Positions 28,179 to 36,879 of a DNA stretch of 64,000 bases are shown here, in pieces. The stretch is from Bacteroidales bacterium UBA1184. GTDB taxonomy: Bacteria; Bacteroidota; Bacteroidia; Bacteroidales; ML635J-15. The stretch lies in contig DBYO01000049.1 of NCBI GenBank assembly GCA_002310235.1, positions 31,215 to 95,214 on the forward strand. The letters are read 5' to 3'. How positions within the stretch are numbered: position 1 is the first letter of the stretch; the number at the start of each line of letters is the position of its first letter. The notes beneath the pieces were generated by a model that saw only the letters and a program-made list of their open reading frames with translations, made no database searches and was not told the origin of the DNA. The translations under genes were made by a program, and so were the position numbers.

Positions 28179-28190
28179 GCAATGCATTGC
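28179..28190. repeat. Perfect 12-bp palindrome GCAATGCATTGC
   Basis: Read directly. It lies in the divergent intergenic region between dcp and adhesin locus B. Confidence 0.9.
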
Positions 28191-28215
28191 GTTGTGATTG
28201 AAAGATTAACTGCGT

Positions 28216-28248
28216 TGAGCTAAAGGTTGCATGTGTGAGCTAAAGGTT
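28216..28248. repeat. Two copies of a 13-bp direct repeat TGAGCTAAAGGTT, 20 bp apart (start to start)
   Basis: Copies at 28216-28228 and 28236-28248, read directly. Confidence 0.9.
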
Positions 28249-28349
28249 ATCTGCACTGATTTTAAAAATAAAGGAGGTGTTGTGTTTTGCCCTCTAAAAA
28301 TAATTCTAAAAAATCATGGCAAATCCTTGTGTGTCTGTAATAAAATTTT

Positions 28350-28357
28350 TATTTTTG
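28350..28357 (+). promoter_or_regulatory. Candidate -7 promoter box (TATTTTTG) for adhesin locus B
   Basis: TAnnTTTG match about 95 nt upstream of ATG 28452. Confidence 0.35.
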
Positions 28358-28451
28358 CCAGTTGTTGCATAGTGTGAAAATTTTTCTGTTTGCTATAGGC
28401 AACTATTGAAAAGTTTTTGCGTTGTGTATTTAGAAATATAAACGAAAAGTT

Positions 28452-28898
28452 ATGTTTATGAAAAAAATAATATTGCTTTTGTCGTTGATTTTCATAGCGA
28501 TGGGCGTGTTCTCTCAAAGCGTGACAATTGACAGCCGTTTGTATGCAAAGTACTCGGAAGAGAGTTTGCAAGAAATACTGCAAACAAATCCTGCCGACAT
28601 CGAATATATGAACTGGTTTGTGGAAAATGCATTTATTGTAAAGGGAATTAGAAATCCAGAATCGTCTGCATTACCAAAGCTTAGGTATATCGACAAGGAT
28701 ACCAAGATGGCTGGTGCTGAAGTTACAGAATACAATCCTGCTACTTTTAATGTGATGGAATGTGCCTTCGTAATAGATTCGAATGAATCTACCGCCTACC
28801 TTATCGGAAATACTGGAAAGGTTTTGGTTTTCTCGTCCAACAAGGATTTGGCAAAGCGTTTTAACGAATATAGGAGGAAGCATCATGAAAACGAATAA
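28452..28898 (+). CDS. Hypothetical secreted protein (signal peptide), first gene of adhesin locus B
   Basis: MFMKKIILLLSLIFIAMGVFSQ is a signal peptide. I recognise no domain. The 3' end overlaps the giant gene's ATG by 14 nt. Confidence 0.55.
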   Translation: MFMKKIILLLSLIFIAMGVFSQSVTIDSRLYAKYSEESLQEILQTNPADIEYMNWFVENAFIVKGIRNPESSALPKLRYIDKDTKMAGAEVTEYNPATFNVMECAFVIDSNESTAYLIGNTGKVLVFSSNKDLAKRFNEYRRKHHENE

Positions 28899-31800
28899 TA
28901 TAAGACTCCTTTTGATTGCTTTGTTCTCTATGTTTGCTGCAAGTGTTTTTGCTCAGCAGACACAGACAATAACGATGAATAGTTCGACCAACAATTCTAC
29001 CGTAAATATGACTGGCTGTTCGGCTATTCTTTACGACTCGGGTGGACCCAATGGAAATTATAGCAATAGTGAAAATTATAGGATTACGGTATGCGTTCCA
29101 AACGGTTATCCTATGGAACTTAGTGTTACCATGAATACCGAAGGTTCATATACCGTTTACGACTATCTAACTATTTACGAAGGAACGGGAACTACAGGAA
29201 CGACAATAGCTAATCATCTTGGTGGACCTTCTGTTTCGGAAACATATTCGTTGCATTCGTCATGTGCAACCTTTGTATGGCATAGCGATGGTATTGTATG
29301 CGATTATTCTGGTTTTGCTGTGCAGATAAGTTGCGGTACGCCATGTCAGGATTTTACTATTGTTCCTGATATAACCGCTCACTGGAATGAAGCAGAGGGT
29401 CGTTACGAGGCATGTTCCAATGGAAATATGGGGATTGCTGCTCATGGCGTTTTCCCAAACAACGATGCAGGTTATCATCAGTCGGATGAAAACCTTACAT
29501 GGTCTTGGAGTTGGGTGGATGCTTCAGGAACTCATAGTGTGGGTGGTGTTGGCGCAAATACTCTTGATTCTAATATAGAACCAGGCGCTTATTATATAAA
29601 CGTCTCGGCAACAGATATTAACGGATGTTCGTATTTTTATCCCGAATCCTTCCTTGTGGTAATTTCTTTGCCGCCGACATTTACTGGTACAACGGCAACT
29701 CCTCTCATCTGTCCTGGTGATGCCGCCTTGCTCAACGGGCAAGTGCATCAGCCTCGCGAATGGACTATGCAGATTCCCGAACAAATTATAGAGGAACATT
29801 GTTTCGTCGATGAAACAGGATATGTGCAGCACATGTGCTTTAATCATACAGCATTCGCTGCTGGTCAGACAATTCAGAACGTAAACGACATAGAGTCAAT
29901 CGCACTTGACATGGAGCATTCGTTTTTGGGTGATTTGGAAGTGTGGATTACTTGTCCGTCGGGAAACAGACTTACACTTTTTAATGGATATGAAGATAGT
30001 TATTATAGTGGAGCGTTTTTAGGCGAGCCTATCGACGATGAGTCGGACGAATGTAACGCGGGAACGCCTTATCATTATGTTTGGGATCACAATGCGACGG
30101 TGTCTATTACAGATATGGCAGATGATGCGCCTACATATAGTTATACCGACAACGCAGGTAATACTTATTATAGTGAAGAGTACATACCTGGTGGTAACTA
30201 TCGTCCAACAGGAAACTGGTCGAGTCTTGAAGGCTGTCCTGTAAATGGTGAATGGTGTATAAATATTGAGGATCATAGGCAGTATGATGACGGAATTGTG
30301 TTCTCTGTGGAACTTCACTTTTCCGATAACATGATTCCTTCTGATGAAAATATAATTTCGTATCAGACTGTATATGATGTTTCGCCTACATCTAGCGATT
30401 TGACTTGGGGTGGCGATGCTATTTTCATGCAGAATGTTTCCAATACAACGGCAACGCCAGAAGATCCGGGTGGTCATGAATATACATTCTTCGCTACCGA
30501 TAATTTTGGTTGTACTTACGATACTACTCTTGTTGTTACAGTTCGTGACTATGATGATCCTGGCTGTTGTGTAAGACCAGTACCATATGCAGGTGATGAT
30601 GCTCGCGTATGTAGCAATCAGTATATGCTTTCTGCTACTCTTACACCAGGAAACCAGGGTACATGGTCGGTTGTTTCTTCTCCTGCAGGAGGAAGCGCGG
30701 CAATAGCTGCTATTAACTCGCCAACTACCAATGTCATAGTTGATACTTACGGCATGTATAAGTTCAGGTGGACAGAGGCATATCTGGGCGATTACGACAA
30801 TTGCTTTGCAACTTCCGATGTTATAGTTGAATTCTATCCACAGCCTACAAATACATTTACATATATCCCAATTAATTGTTTTGGTGAGAACACTACGATA
30901 AACTACTTGGGTAATATGACTTCGGTAGGTGATATCGCAAACAGCGCTAACTATGTATGGGATTTTGATGGGGCTGTAATAGAGTCTGGTTCAGGTCCTG
31001 GTCCATATGCTATCCATTGGCTTACCGAAGATGGTTCGTCGCACCCCGTGTCGTTACATATCGAATTGAACGGCTGTGTGTCGGAGGATACTGTTGTTTA
31101 CATAGCTTATCCGTCTAAGTTGAATGCAACTCTTACCAAGGTTGACAATAGGTGCTTCCGCGATTGCCAGGGTTCGGCTACAATCACAGCTACGGGAGGT
31201 ACTCTTCCGTATTCATATTCGTGGAGTTCTCCATCGAATACCATAGTGAACTTGTGTGTAGGCGAATATCATGTTACAATTAGTGATGCAAACAATTGTA
31301 AGGTGGCTTTAGATTACGAAATCGAAGAACCCGACGAGTTGGTGGTTGATGAAGTTGTTACAAATTCTACAGATCTTACTTGTTACAATGCGTCTGATGG
31401 TACGATAAGAATTCGTGTTAATGGCGGTGCCGGACACTTGTCGTATCTGTGGTCCGATGCAGGAGGTTCATCGGGTATGCGTCGAAACCTTCCTGCTGGC
31501 GAATACAGGGTTACAGTAGTCGATGAGAATGGTTGTTCGATTTCGCGTGATTTTATTGTTAATCAGCCGGAGCCGCTTGTTGTGACAGCCGACGATAACA
31601 GCGCTATATGCGAAGGAAATCCGTCGATAATACAGTCTGCGGCAGCGGGTGGAACGCCTCCATATGTATTCAATTGGACTATAAGTAGTGGCGCTAGTGT
31701 CGGTAATACTTCAACATTTACTACTACGCTGCATGCAACAACGACCTATTCGGTATATGTTTCCGATAGTCATCATTGCCGTTCCAATACAGAGACATTT

Positions 31801-33564
31801 ACCATTACCGTAAGTCCACGTATGGAAATCGATACGGTATTGCTTACTCACAATAGTTGTTTCGGAGCTTACGACGGTAGGGCAGAACTTGTAATGCATG
31901 GTGGTTTGCCTCCGTACCAATATATGTGGGGTTCCGAAAATTACATATACAACGGACTCGGTTCTGGTTTATATACAGTTACTGTGGTCGATGCATTAGG
32001 TTGTAACGTAAATACACATTTTATAATTGAACAGCCAGCGCAGATGATTGCAAACACAATGACTTCGCCTGCGTCGTGTGGCAATATTGCCGATGGAACA
32101 GCTCTGATAAACATACAGGGTGGAGTTCCGCCATATTCGTACTTATGGCCTAGTGGAGATACAACTCACAGCATTAACGCAGTTCCTGGTGAATATGTAG
32201 TAACCGTTACGGACGACCATAATTGCCGTCTCGAAAGAACAATAACAGTTGATGGACCTACACCTATATATATATTACCAATGTCTGACCAGACTATTTG
32301 TAACGGACAGACTGCATCTATAACCACACAGGTGTCTGGAGGTACTCCGTTCTACACATATATATGGGCAAGTCAGGATTCTGTAGTATCGTATTCAAAT
32401 GTGCTGACAGTAACTCCAACGACAAATTCAACATATACGATGACAGTTACCGATGCAAACGGATGTTCTGCTGTGTCGCAGCCAGTGTCGATTACGCTTA
32501 ATCCACCTCTCAACATAAGGGCAGTTACTACAAGTTACGATACGATATGTCCAGGAACTGGTGCTCTTATAAATGTTGAAGTCGAAGGAGGAAACGGCGG
32601 TCCTTATACACTTACAATCGACAATGGAACGGTTGTGCCGTCACCATTTACTGTAACTCTTGATACAACTACTATGGTACACATAACCTTGTCGGATATG
32701 TGCGGCACTTCGCCGGTGTCAGATTCGATACTTATCAACGTAAGACCTAAGCCGGATTCATTGTTCACTGCAAAGGTAATCGAAGGTTGTGCTCCGTTGA
32801 CAACAGTGTTTGTGCCATTCAATACTGCCGAACAGACATTGTGGGAATTCGGTGACTACGCGTTCTCCGATGCAACATCGCCTATGCATGTTTACTCCCA
32901 GCCTGGTGTTTATGATGTATCGCTGGAGATGGTCGATTACTTTGGATGTCGTTTCTACAAGACATATCACGACATGATTACTGTATATCCAAAGCCTAAG
33001 GCTTTGTTCGAAACTGATCCTCTTATTACGGGATTGCTTGATTCGGAAATTAAGTTCATAAACTATTCTACTGGTGCCGAAAGATATTATTGGTTCTTCG
33101 GAGACAACGACAGCTCGCTGTTCGAATCACCACGTCACGTTTATCGCAGGATGGGAGAATTCGAGATTATGCTTGTTGCTGAGTCGGAAGATATGTGCCG
33201 TGATACAACAACTCGCACATTGTTGATTCAAAACGATTTTGCTTTCTATGCTCCGACATCGTTTACGCCTAATGGCGATGGTATAAACGATTGCTTCAGA
33301 ATATGCGGCAACGGTATAACAAGAAATGATTATATGCTTTCTGTTTACGACCGTTGGGGAGCTTTGGTGTTCACTACAACTTGGTTCGATTCTTCTGCGA
33401 CATGCGAATCGTGCGCCGAAGGAGCTTGGGATGGTACCGACTGGGGACACAAGAATAAAGGCGATGCCGTTTGTCCTCCAGGAATTTATCAGTGGTTCTG
33501 CACATTCCAGGATTGGAACGGTGTAGTTCACAACCGACAGGGAACAGTAATGCTTATAAGATAA
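28885..33564 (+). CDS. Giant cell-surface protein with a CUB-like domain, proprotein-convertase P-domain, SprB repeats, PKD domains and a T9SS type-B C-terminal sorting domain
   Basis: Re-anchored to ATG 28885 (MKTNNIRLLLIALFSMFAASVFAQ). A CUB-like block (CSAILYDSGGPNGNYSNSENY..LTIYEG) and a P-domain block (LDMEHSFLGDLEVWITCPSGNRLTLF) are present. SprB units include DNRCFRDCQG, DLTCYNASDG, HNSCFGAYDG and PASCGNIADG. It also has PKD units, and the C-terminus is FYAPTSFTPNGDGINDCF..VYDRWG..GTVMLIR. Confidence 0.85.
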   Translation: MKTNNIRLLLIALFSMFAASVFAQQTQTITMNSSTNNSTVNMTGCSAILYDSGGPNGNYSNSENYRITVCVPNGYPMELSVTMNTEGSYTVYDYLTIYEGTGTTGTTIANHLGGPSVSETYSLHSSCATFVWHSDGIVCDYSGFAVQISCGTPCQDFTIVPDITAHWNEAEGRYEACSNGNMGIAAHGVFPNNDAGYHQSDENLTWSWSWVDASGTHSVGGVGANTLDSNIEPGAYYINVSATDINGCSYFYPESFLVVISLPPTFTGTTATPLICPGDAALLNGQVHQPREWTMQIPEQIIEEHCFVDETGYVQHMCFNHTAFAAGQTIQNVNDIESIALDMEHSFLGDLEVWITCPSGNRLTLFNGYEDSYYSGAFLGEPIDDESDECNAGTPYHYVWDHNATVSITDMADDAPTYSYTDNAGNTYYSEEYIPGGNYRPTGNWSSLEGCPVNGEWCINIEDHRQYDDGIVFSVELHFSDNMIPSDENIISYQTVYDVSPTSSDLTWGGDAIFMQNVSNTTATPEDPGGHEYTFFATDNFGCTYDTTLVVTVRDYDDPGCCVRPVPYAGDDARVCSNQYMLSATLTPGNQGTWSVVSSPAGGSAAIAAINSPTTNVIVDTYGMYKFRWTEAYLGDYDNCFATSDVIVEFYPQPTNTFTYIPINCFGENTTINYLGNMTSVGDIANSANYVWDFDGAVIESGSGPGPYAIHWLTEDGSSHPVSLHIELNGCVSEDTVVYIAYPSKLNATLTKVDNRCFRDCQGSATITATGGTLPYSYSWSSPSNTIVNLCVGEYHVTISDANNCKVALDYEIEEPDELVVDEVVTNSTDLTCYNASDGTIRIRVNGGAGHLSYLWSDAGGSSGMRRNLPAGEYRVTVVDENGCSISRDFIVNQPEPLVVTADDNSAICEGNPSIIQSAAAGGTPPYVFNWTISSGASVGNTSTFTTTLHATTTYSVYVSDSHHCRSNTETFTITVSPRMEIDTVLLTHNSCFGAYDGRAELVMHGGLPPYQYMWGSENYIYNGLGSGLYTVTVVDALGCNVNTHFIIEQPAQMIANTMTSPASCGNIADGTALINIQGGVPPYSYLWPSGDTTHSINAVPGEYVVTVTDDHNCRLERTITVDGPTPIYILPMSDQTICNGQTASITTQVSGGTPFYTYIWASQDSVVSYSNVLTVTPTTNSTYTMTVTDANGCSAVSQPVSITLNPPLNIRAVTTSYDTICPGTGALINVEVEGGNGGPYTLTIDNGTVVPSPFTVTLDTTTMVHITLSDMCGTSPVSDSILINVRPKPDSLFTAKVIEGCAPLTTVFVPFNTAEQTLWEFGDYAFSDATSPMHVYSQPGVYDVSLEMVDYFGCRFYKTYHDMITVYPKPKALFETDPLITGLLDSEIKFINYSTGAERYYWFFGDNDSSLFESPRHVYRRMGEFEIMLVAESEDMCRDTTTRTLLIQNDFAFYAPTSFTPNGDGINDCFRICGNGITRNDYMLSVYDRWGALVFTTTWFDSSATCESCAEGAWDGTDWGHKNKGDAVCPPGIYQWFCTFQDWNGVVHNRQGTVMLIR
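31141..32260 (+). repeat. Coding SprB-type repeat region of adhesin B (four units interrupted by an Ig-like unit)
   Basis: Each unit shows the same C.G..DG ... GG.PPY.Y.W ... G.Y.VTV.D..GC pattern as in adhesin A. Confidence 0.65.
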
Positions 33565-33567
33565 CAA

Positions 33568-33596
33568 TAAAGGCTGTCGAACAGACAGCCTTTATT
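33568..33596. terminator. Hairpin terminator between convergent genes
   Basis: TAAAGGCTGTC-GAACA-GACAGCCTTTAT, with only short T/A tracts on either side. Confidence 0.6.
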
Positions 33597-33603
33597 ATGT
33601 TTG

Positions 33604-34059
33604 TTAACTCTTAACTTTTAACTGTTTCTTGTATTGCTTTATCCTATAATATTTCTTTCTGATGCAAAATTCGTATATCAGCCAGATGGCAAGGAAGGTG
33701 TTGGTGGATATTTCATAAACCATATCCCAAGGTGCTGGCAAAGTAACAAAGAATCCGGCAATCCATAGCACTAGGTCGATTGTGAAAAGAATGTCCCAGA
33801 TGCGTTCCCTATTCTTGAAGATTACAATATTTTCCACCTCTTTCTCAATTTCGACTTGGTCTGTGGAGTAAAGGAACGGAATAGAACTCTGTATCATAAT
33901 GCTGTATATGCCTTCGGGAATCATTATTGAAACTTTCTTTTGCTGCATGATGCCGACAAACCGTCCGTTTATGAAAATACGATTCGGTAACTTAGCCATA
34001 AATTTGGAGCAATCCTTTTCAATGGTCAGTTTCTGATATTCTATCTGTAATTCTTCCAC
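33604..34059 (-). CDS. Hypothetical membrane protein (soluble N-domain plus two C-terminal TM helices)
   Basis: The ORF starts at GTG 34059; the first ATG is at 33999. I recognise no domain. The hydrophobic segments are ILFTIDLVLWIAGFFVTL and TNTFLAIWLIYEF. Confidence 0.5.
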   Translation of the reverse strand: MEELQIEYQKLTIEKDCSKFMAKLPNRIFINGRFVGIMQQKKVSIMIPEGIYSIMIQSSIPFLYSTDQVEIEKEVENIVIFKNRERIWDILFTIDLVLWIAGFFVTLPAPWDMVYEISTNTFLAIWLIYEFCIRKKYYRIKQYKKQLKVKS

Positions 34060-34126
34060 GTTGCAAAAATATCAAAGTTTGGGGAATGTGAGATTTGATT
34101 ATTCGATGATTTGAAGAACTTGCTAG

Positions 34127-34238
34127 CTAACAGTCTTGCTGGCTAATAGTCTTACAGTCTCACGGGCTGACAGCCAGACTGCTGAACAGGTCTTCTGTTG
34201 GACAGGTCTTCTGTTGGGAGGATCTTCTGTCAGACAGG
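34127..34238. repeat. Degenerate 16-bp tandem repeat array (about 7 units; the last three are nearly identical)
   Basis: 34186-34238 reads ACAGGTCTTCTGTTGG ACAGGTCTTCTGTTGG GAGGATCTTCTGTCAG ACAGG. Upstream units such as CTAACAGTCTTGCTGG and CTAATAGTCTTACAGT are related. Each good unit contains ACAG-N5-CTGT dyad symmetry. Confidence 0.85.
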
Positions 34239-34311
34239 TATTATGCTCGTCAATTAGACTTTTAGCCTTCTCTTCTTTTTGCCAATTATAACGCAATCGT
34301 AAATAATATTG

Positions 34312-34319
34312 TATCTTTG
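34312..34319 (+). promoter_or_regulatory. Candidate -7 promoter box (TATCTTTG) for ribF
   Basis: The TAnnTTTG match lies inside the track's TTG-started N-terminal extension, which argues for a downstream translation start. Confidence 0.4.
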
Positions 34320-34335
34320 CAAAAATTTTTTTCAA

Positions 34336-35256
34336 TTGAGAATATTTCGTGAAATATCATCCGAAATTCCAAAGGGATGCGTTGCCACGGTTGGTGTGTT
34401 CGACGGTGTGCATCGTGGACATCAATATATTATAAGTCAGATAAAGGATATGTCCGACAAGTCGAATTGTGAAGAACTTGTCATAACGATGAATCCTCAT
34501 CCTGCAGCTTTCTTTGGTCGGAATATTAATCTTCTGTCCACTATGGACGAAAAGATTGCTCTATTTGAACGTTTCGGTGTAAGAAATTTGTTGATTCTTA
34601 ATTTCAGCTCGGAGATTGCAGCATTGTCGGGAACTCAATTTATCGACGATATACTTGTCTCAAGGCTTTCGATTTCACGTTTGCTATTGGGCTACAACAA
34701 TTCGATAGGGCATAAGGAGAATGGTGTTTCCGAAATTTCGTCGGCACAGATCCCCGTTTCCCGTCTCGATAGGTTTCACCTCGACTATTCCGACGACATA
34801 AGTTCGTCGTCGATACGTAACTTGCTGGCTCAAGGTGATATTGAGACAGCAAATAGATATCTGGGATACAAATATTGCATTTCTGGAAATGTGGTGCATG
34901 GCCTTGGGGTTGGTCATACTATAGGATTTCCTACTGCCAATATCGAACTTTCCAACAATAGCAAGGTGCTGCCGCAAAATGGAGCCTATGTGGTTGTCGC
35001 CAGTGTAAATGGGCAAATATATAAGGCTATGTTGAACATTGGTTACCGTCCGACTTTTGGCGGAGAATACCGAACAATAGAGTTGCATGTATTGGATTGC
35101 AACGATGACCTATACGGAGCCGATGTAAAGGTTTGCTTCGAAGCCCGTCTGCGTGGAGAACATAAGTTTTCCAGTGTTGAATACCTTGTCGCTCAGCTTG
35201 AGAAGGACCGAAGGGCAGTGGATGAGTATTTTCTAAAAAATGCATTATCTTTGTGA
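34336..35256 (+). CDS. ribF: Bifunctional riboflavin kinase / FMN adenylyltransferase
   Basis: Has GVFDGVHRGHQ (the nucleotidyltransferase HxGH motif) and the C-terminal kinase block GFPTANI. There is no ATG before the motif; I chose TTG 34336 (the track uses TTG 34309), so the start is uncertain. Confidence 0.85.
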   Translation: MRIFREISSEIPKGCVATVGVFDGVHRGHQYIISQIKDMSDKSNCEELVITMNPHPAAFFGRNINLLSTMDEKIALFERFGVRNLLILNFSSEIAALSGTQFIDDILVSRLSISRLLLGYNNSIGHKENGVSEISSAQIPVSRLDRFHLDYSDDISSSSIRNLLAQGDIETANRYLGYKYCISGNVVHGLGVGHTIGFPTANIELSNNSKVLPQNGAYVVVASVNGQIYKAMLNIGYRPTFGGEYRTIELHVLDCNDDLYGADVKVCFEARLRGEHKFSSVEYLVAQLEKDRRAVDEYFLKNALSL

Positions 35257-35271
35257 AAATTATAAGTCTGA

Positions 35272-36756
35272 ATGAAGAGGTTGCATAGGTACATATTAAG
35301 GGCGTTTGTGGGTCCGTGGCTCATAACGTTTTTGTTATGTGTATTTATACTTCTTATGCAATTCCTTTGGAGATACATCGACGATTTGGTTGGCAAAGGT
35401 CTCGATCTTACGATAATCTTGGAACTTATGTTCTATGCATCGTTTTCTCTGGTTCCTCTGGCATTACCGCTATCTGGTCTTTTGGCATCGATTATGGCTA
35501 TGGGAAAGTTTGGTGAGACCAACGAACTTTTCGCAATGAAGTCGGGAGGAGTCTCGCTATATAGAATTATGCAGCCCTTGGTGGTGTTCAATTTAGTTAT
35601 TAGCGTGGTGGCGTTTTTGTTTTCGAACAATCTTATGCCATATACTAACCTGAAAATGAGGTCGTTGCTTTTTGGAATACAACAACAACGTCCCGAGGTA
35701 ATAATCCAGAACGGAATATTTGTTGAGCCAGCCGACGACATCTGCATAAAAGTTGATAGTAAGAACCATACAAACAACGAACTTAATGGAGTTTTGATAT
35801 ACGATCACCGCAGTTCTTCTACTCCAAACAACGTTACGATGGCGGCAAATGGCAACTTGCTGATAACGGAGGACAACTCGATGATGATACTGGAACTTCG
35901 AAATGGAACACGTCACGAGGATGTGAAGGGAGGTAAGTATCAGCATCAAAGCTCAAAGTTTGAGCGTCAAGTTACGTATCTGGAACTGGATGCTACTGGT
36001 ATCGACAAAAACAACGAGGAGTTTTTTAAGGGTGGATACGAAATGCTTGATAATAATCAGCTTAATTTTACAATTGATTCGCTAAACGATGCATTATCGA
36101 TGAGGGAGCAGGAAATCTGCGGTAATTTTAAGCGTTTCCAGATATTTAAGGGAATAAATGGTGTTTACGATGGTAGCGGTACATATTCTGCATACAAAAC
36201 ACATCCCATATCTATAGAAGTTTCCGACGACAAGTCGGTGGCAGACAAGGTGCGAGTCGATTCGCTTTGTGCTAAAATGAGCAGCTCGCAGCGTAGCACT
36301 ATGCTCGAATATGCAGTCAATTATTCGCGTTCGGCGATGACTTATATAGAGATTGTTACTGATGAATTGAGCGGTACAAGACGTTGGATTGTAAGGCACG
36401 AAATGGAATGGTATCGAAAGTATGCGCTATCAGCAGCATGTCTGCTGTTCTGTCTGATTGGAATTCCGCTGGGATCCATAATCAGAAAAGGTGGATTCGG
36501 TCTTTCGGTTGTGGTTTCAGTATTCATTTTCCTTATGTATTACATTATTTCAACTACAGTAGAAAGTACTGTAAAGGAACTTGTCGTTCCTGCAGGATGG
36601 GGAATGTGGTTGAGTACTTTGCTGTTGCTACCATTAGGTCTGTACCTTGTAGTTGCTGTATCAAGTGATAATTTGAGGATTAACCCACGGGTAATGAATA
36701 AGATATTGAACATATTCAAACGGAAGAAGCACAAAGATTCCAATGACGAAGAATAG
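35272..36756 (+). CDS. LptF/LptG-family LPS export permease
   Basis: The N-terminus MKRLHRYILRAFVGPWLITFLLCVFILLMQFLWRYIDDLVGKGL is the classic YjgP/YjgQ pattern, followed by a periplasmic insert and then C-terminal TM helices. Confidence 0.85.
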   Translation: MKRLHRYILRAFVGPWLITFLLCVFILLMQFLWRYIDDLVGKGLDLTIILELMFYASFSLVPLALPLSGLLASIMAMGKFGETNELFAMKSGGVSLYRIMQPLVVFNLVISVVAFLFSNNLMPYTNLKMRSLLFGIQQQRPEVIIQNGIFVEPADDICIKVDSKNHTNNELNGVLIYDHRSSSTPNNVTMAANGNLLITEDNSMMILELRNGTRHEDVKGGKYQHQSSKFERQVTYLELDATGIDKNNEEFFKGGYEMLDNNQLNFTIDSLNDALSMREQEICGNFKRFQIFKGINGVYDGSGTYSAYKTHPISIEVSDDKSVADKVRVDSLCAKMSSSQRSTMLEYAVNYSRSAMTYIEIVTDELSGTRRWIVRHEMEWYRKYALSAACLLFCLIGIPLGSIIRKGGFGLSVVVSVFIFLMYYIISTTVESTVKELVVPAGWGMWLSTLLLLPLGLYLVVAVSSDNLRINPRVMNKILNIFKRKKHKDSNDEE

Positions 36757-36805
36757 GCGATTAAAGTTTTTGTATTTATAAAGAATCTCGAACAATTTTT
36801 TTGTG

Positions 36806-36813
36806 TAAATTTG
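36806..36813 (+). promoter_or_regulatory. Candidate -7 promoter box (TAAATTTG) for ribBA
   Basis: TAnnTTTG match 67 nt upstream of the ATG. Confidence 0.4.
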
Positions 36814-36879
36814 CGACCTTAAAAAAATAAGGATAGTCTATGCCTTTGGGTGTGACTATATGTTAGAAAGGAAAAGGAA

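Noticed and set aside
34123-34335. A 70-aa minus-strand ORF covering the 16-bp repeat array.
   Set aside because: It starts at a TTG inside the ribF promoter region. Its sequence is dictated by the repeat (PNRRPVQQKTCS...) and it has no signal or TM features, so I treated the region as non-coding repeat DNA.
36757-36879. A possible FMN (RFN) riboswitch upstream of ribBA, and likewise upstream of ribF at 34060-34335.
   Set aside because: The leader is only about 65 nt after the candidate promoter and lacks the conserved RFN blocks (for example GGGCGGGGNGAAATTCC or GATCCGGTGNAATTCCGG). Only a small AT-rich hairpin is present.
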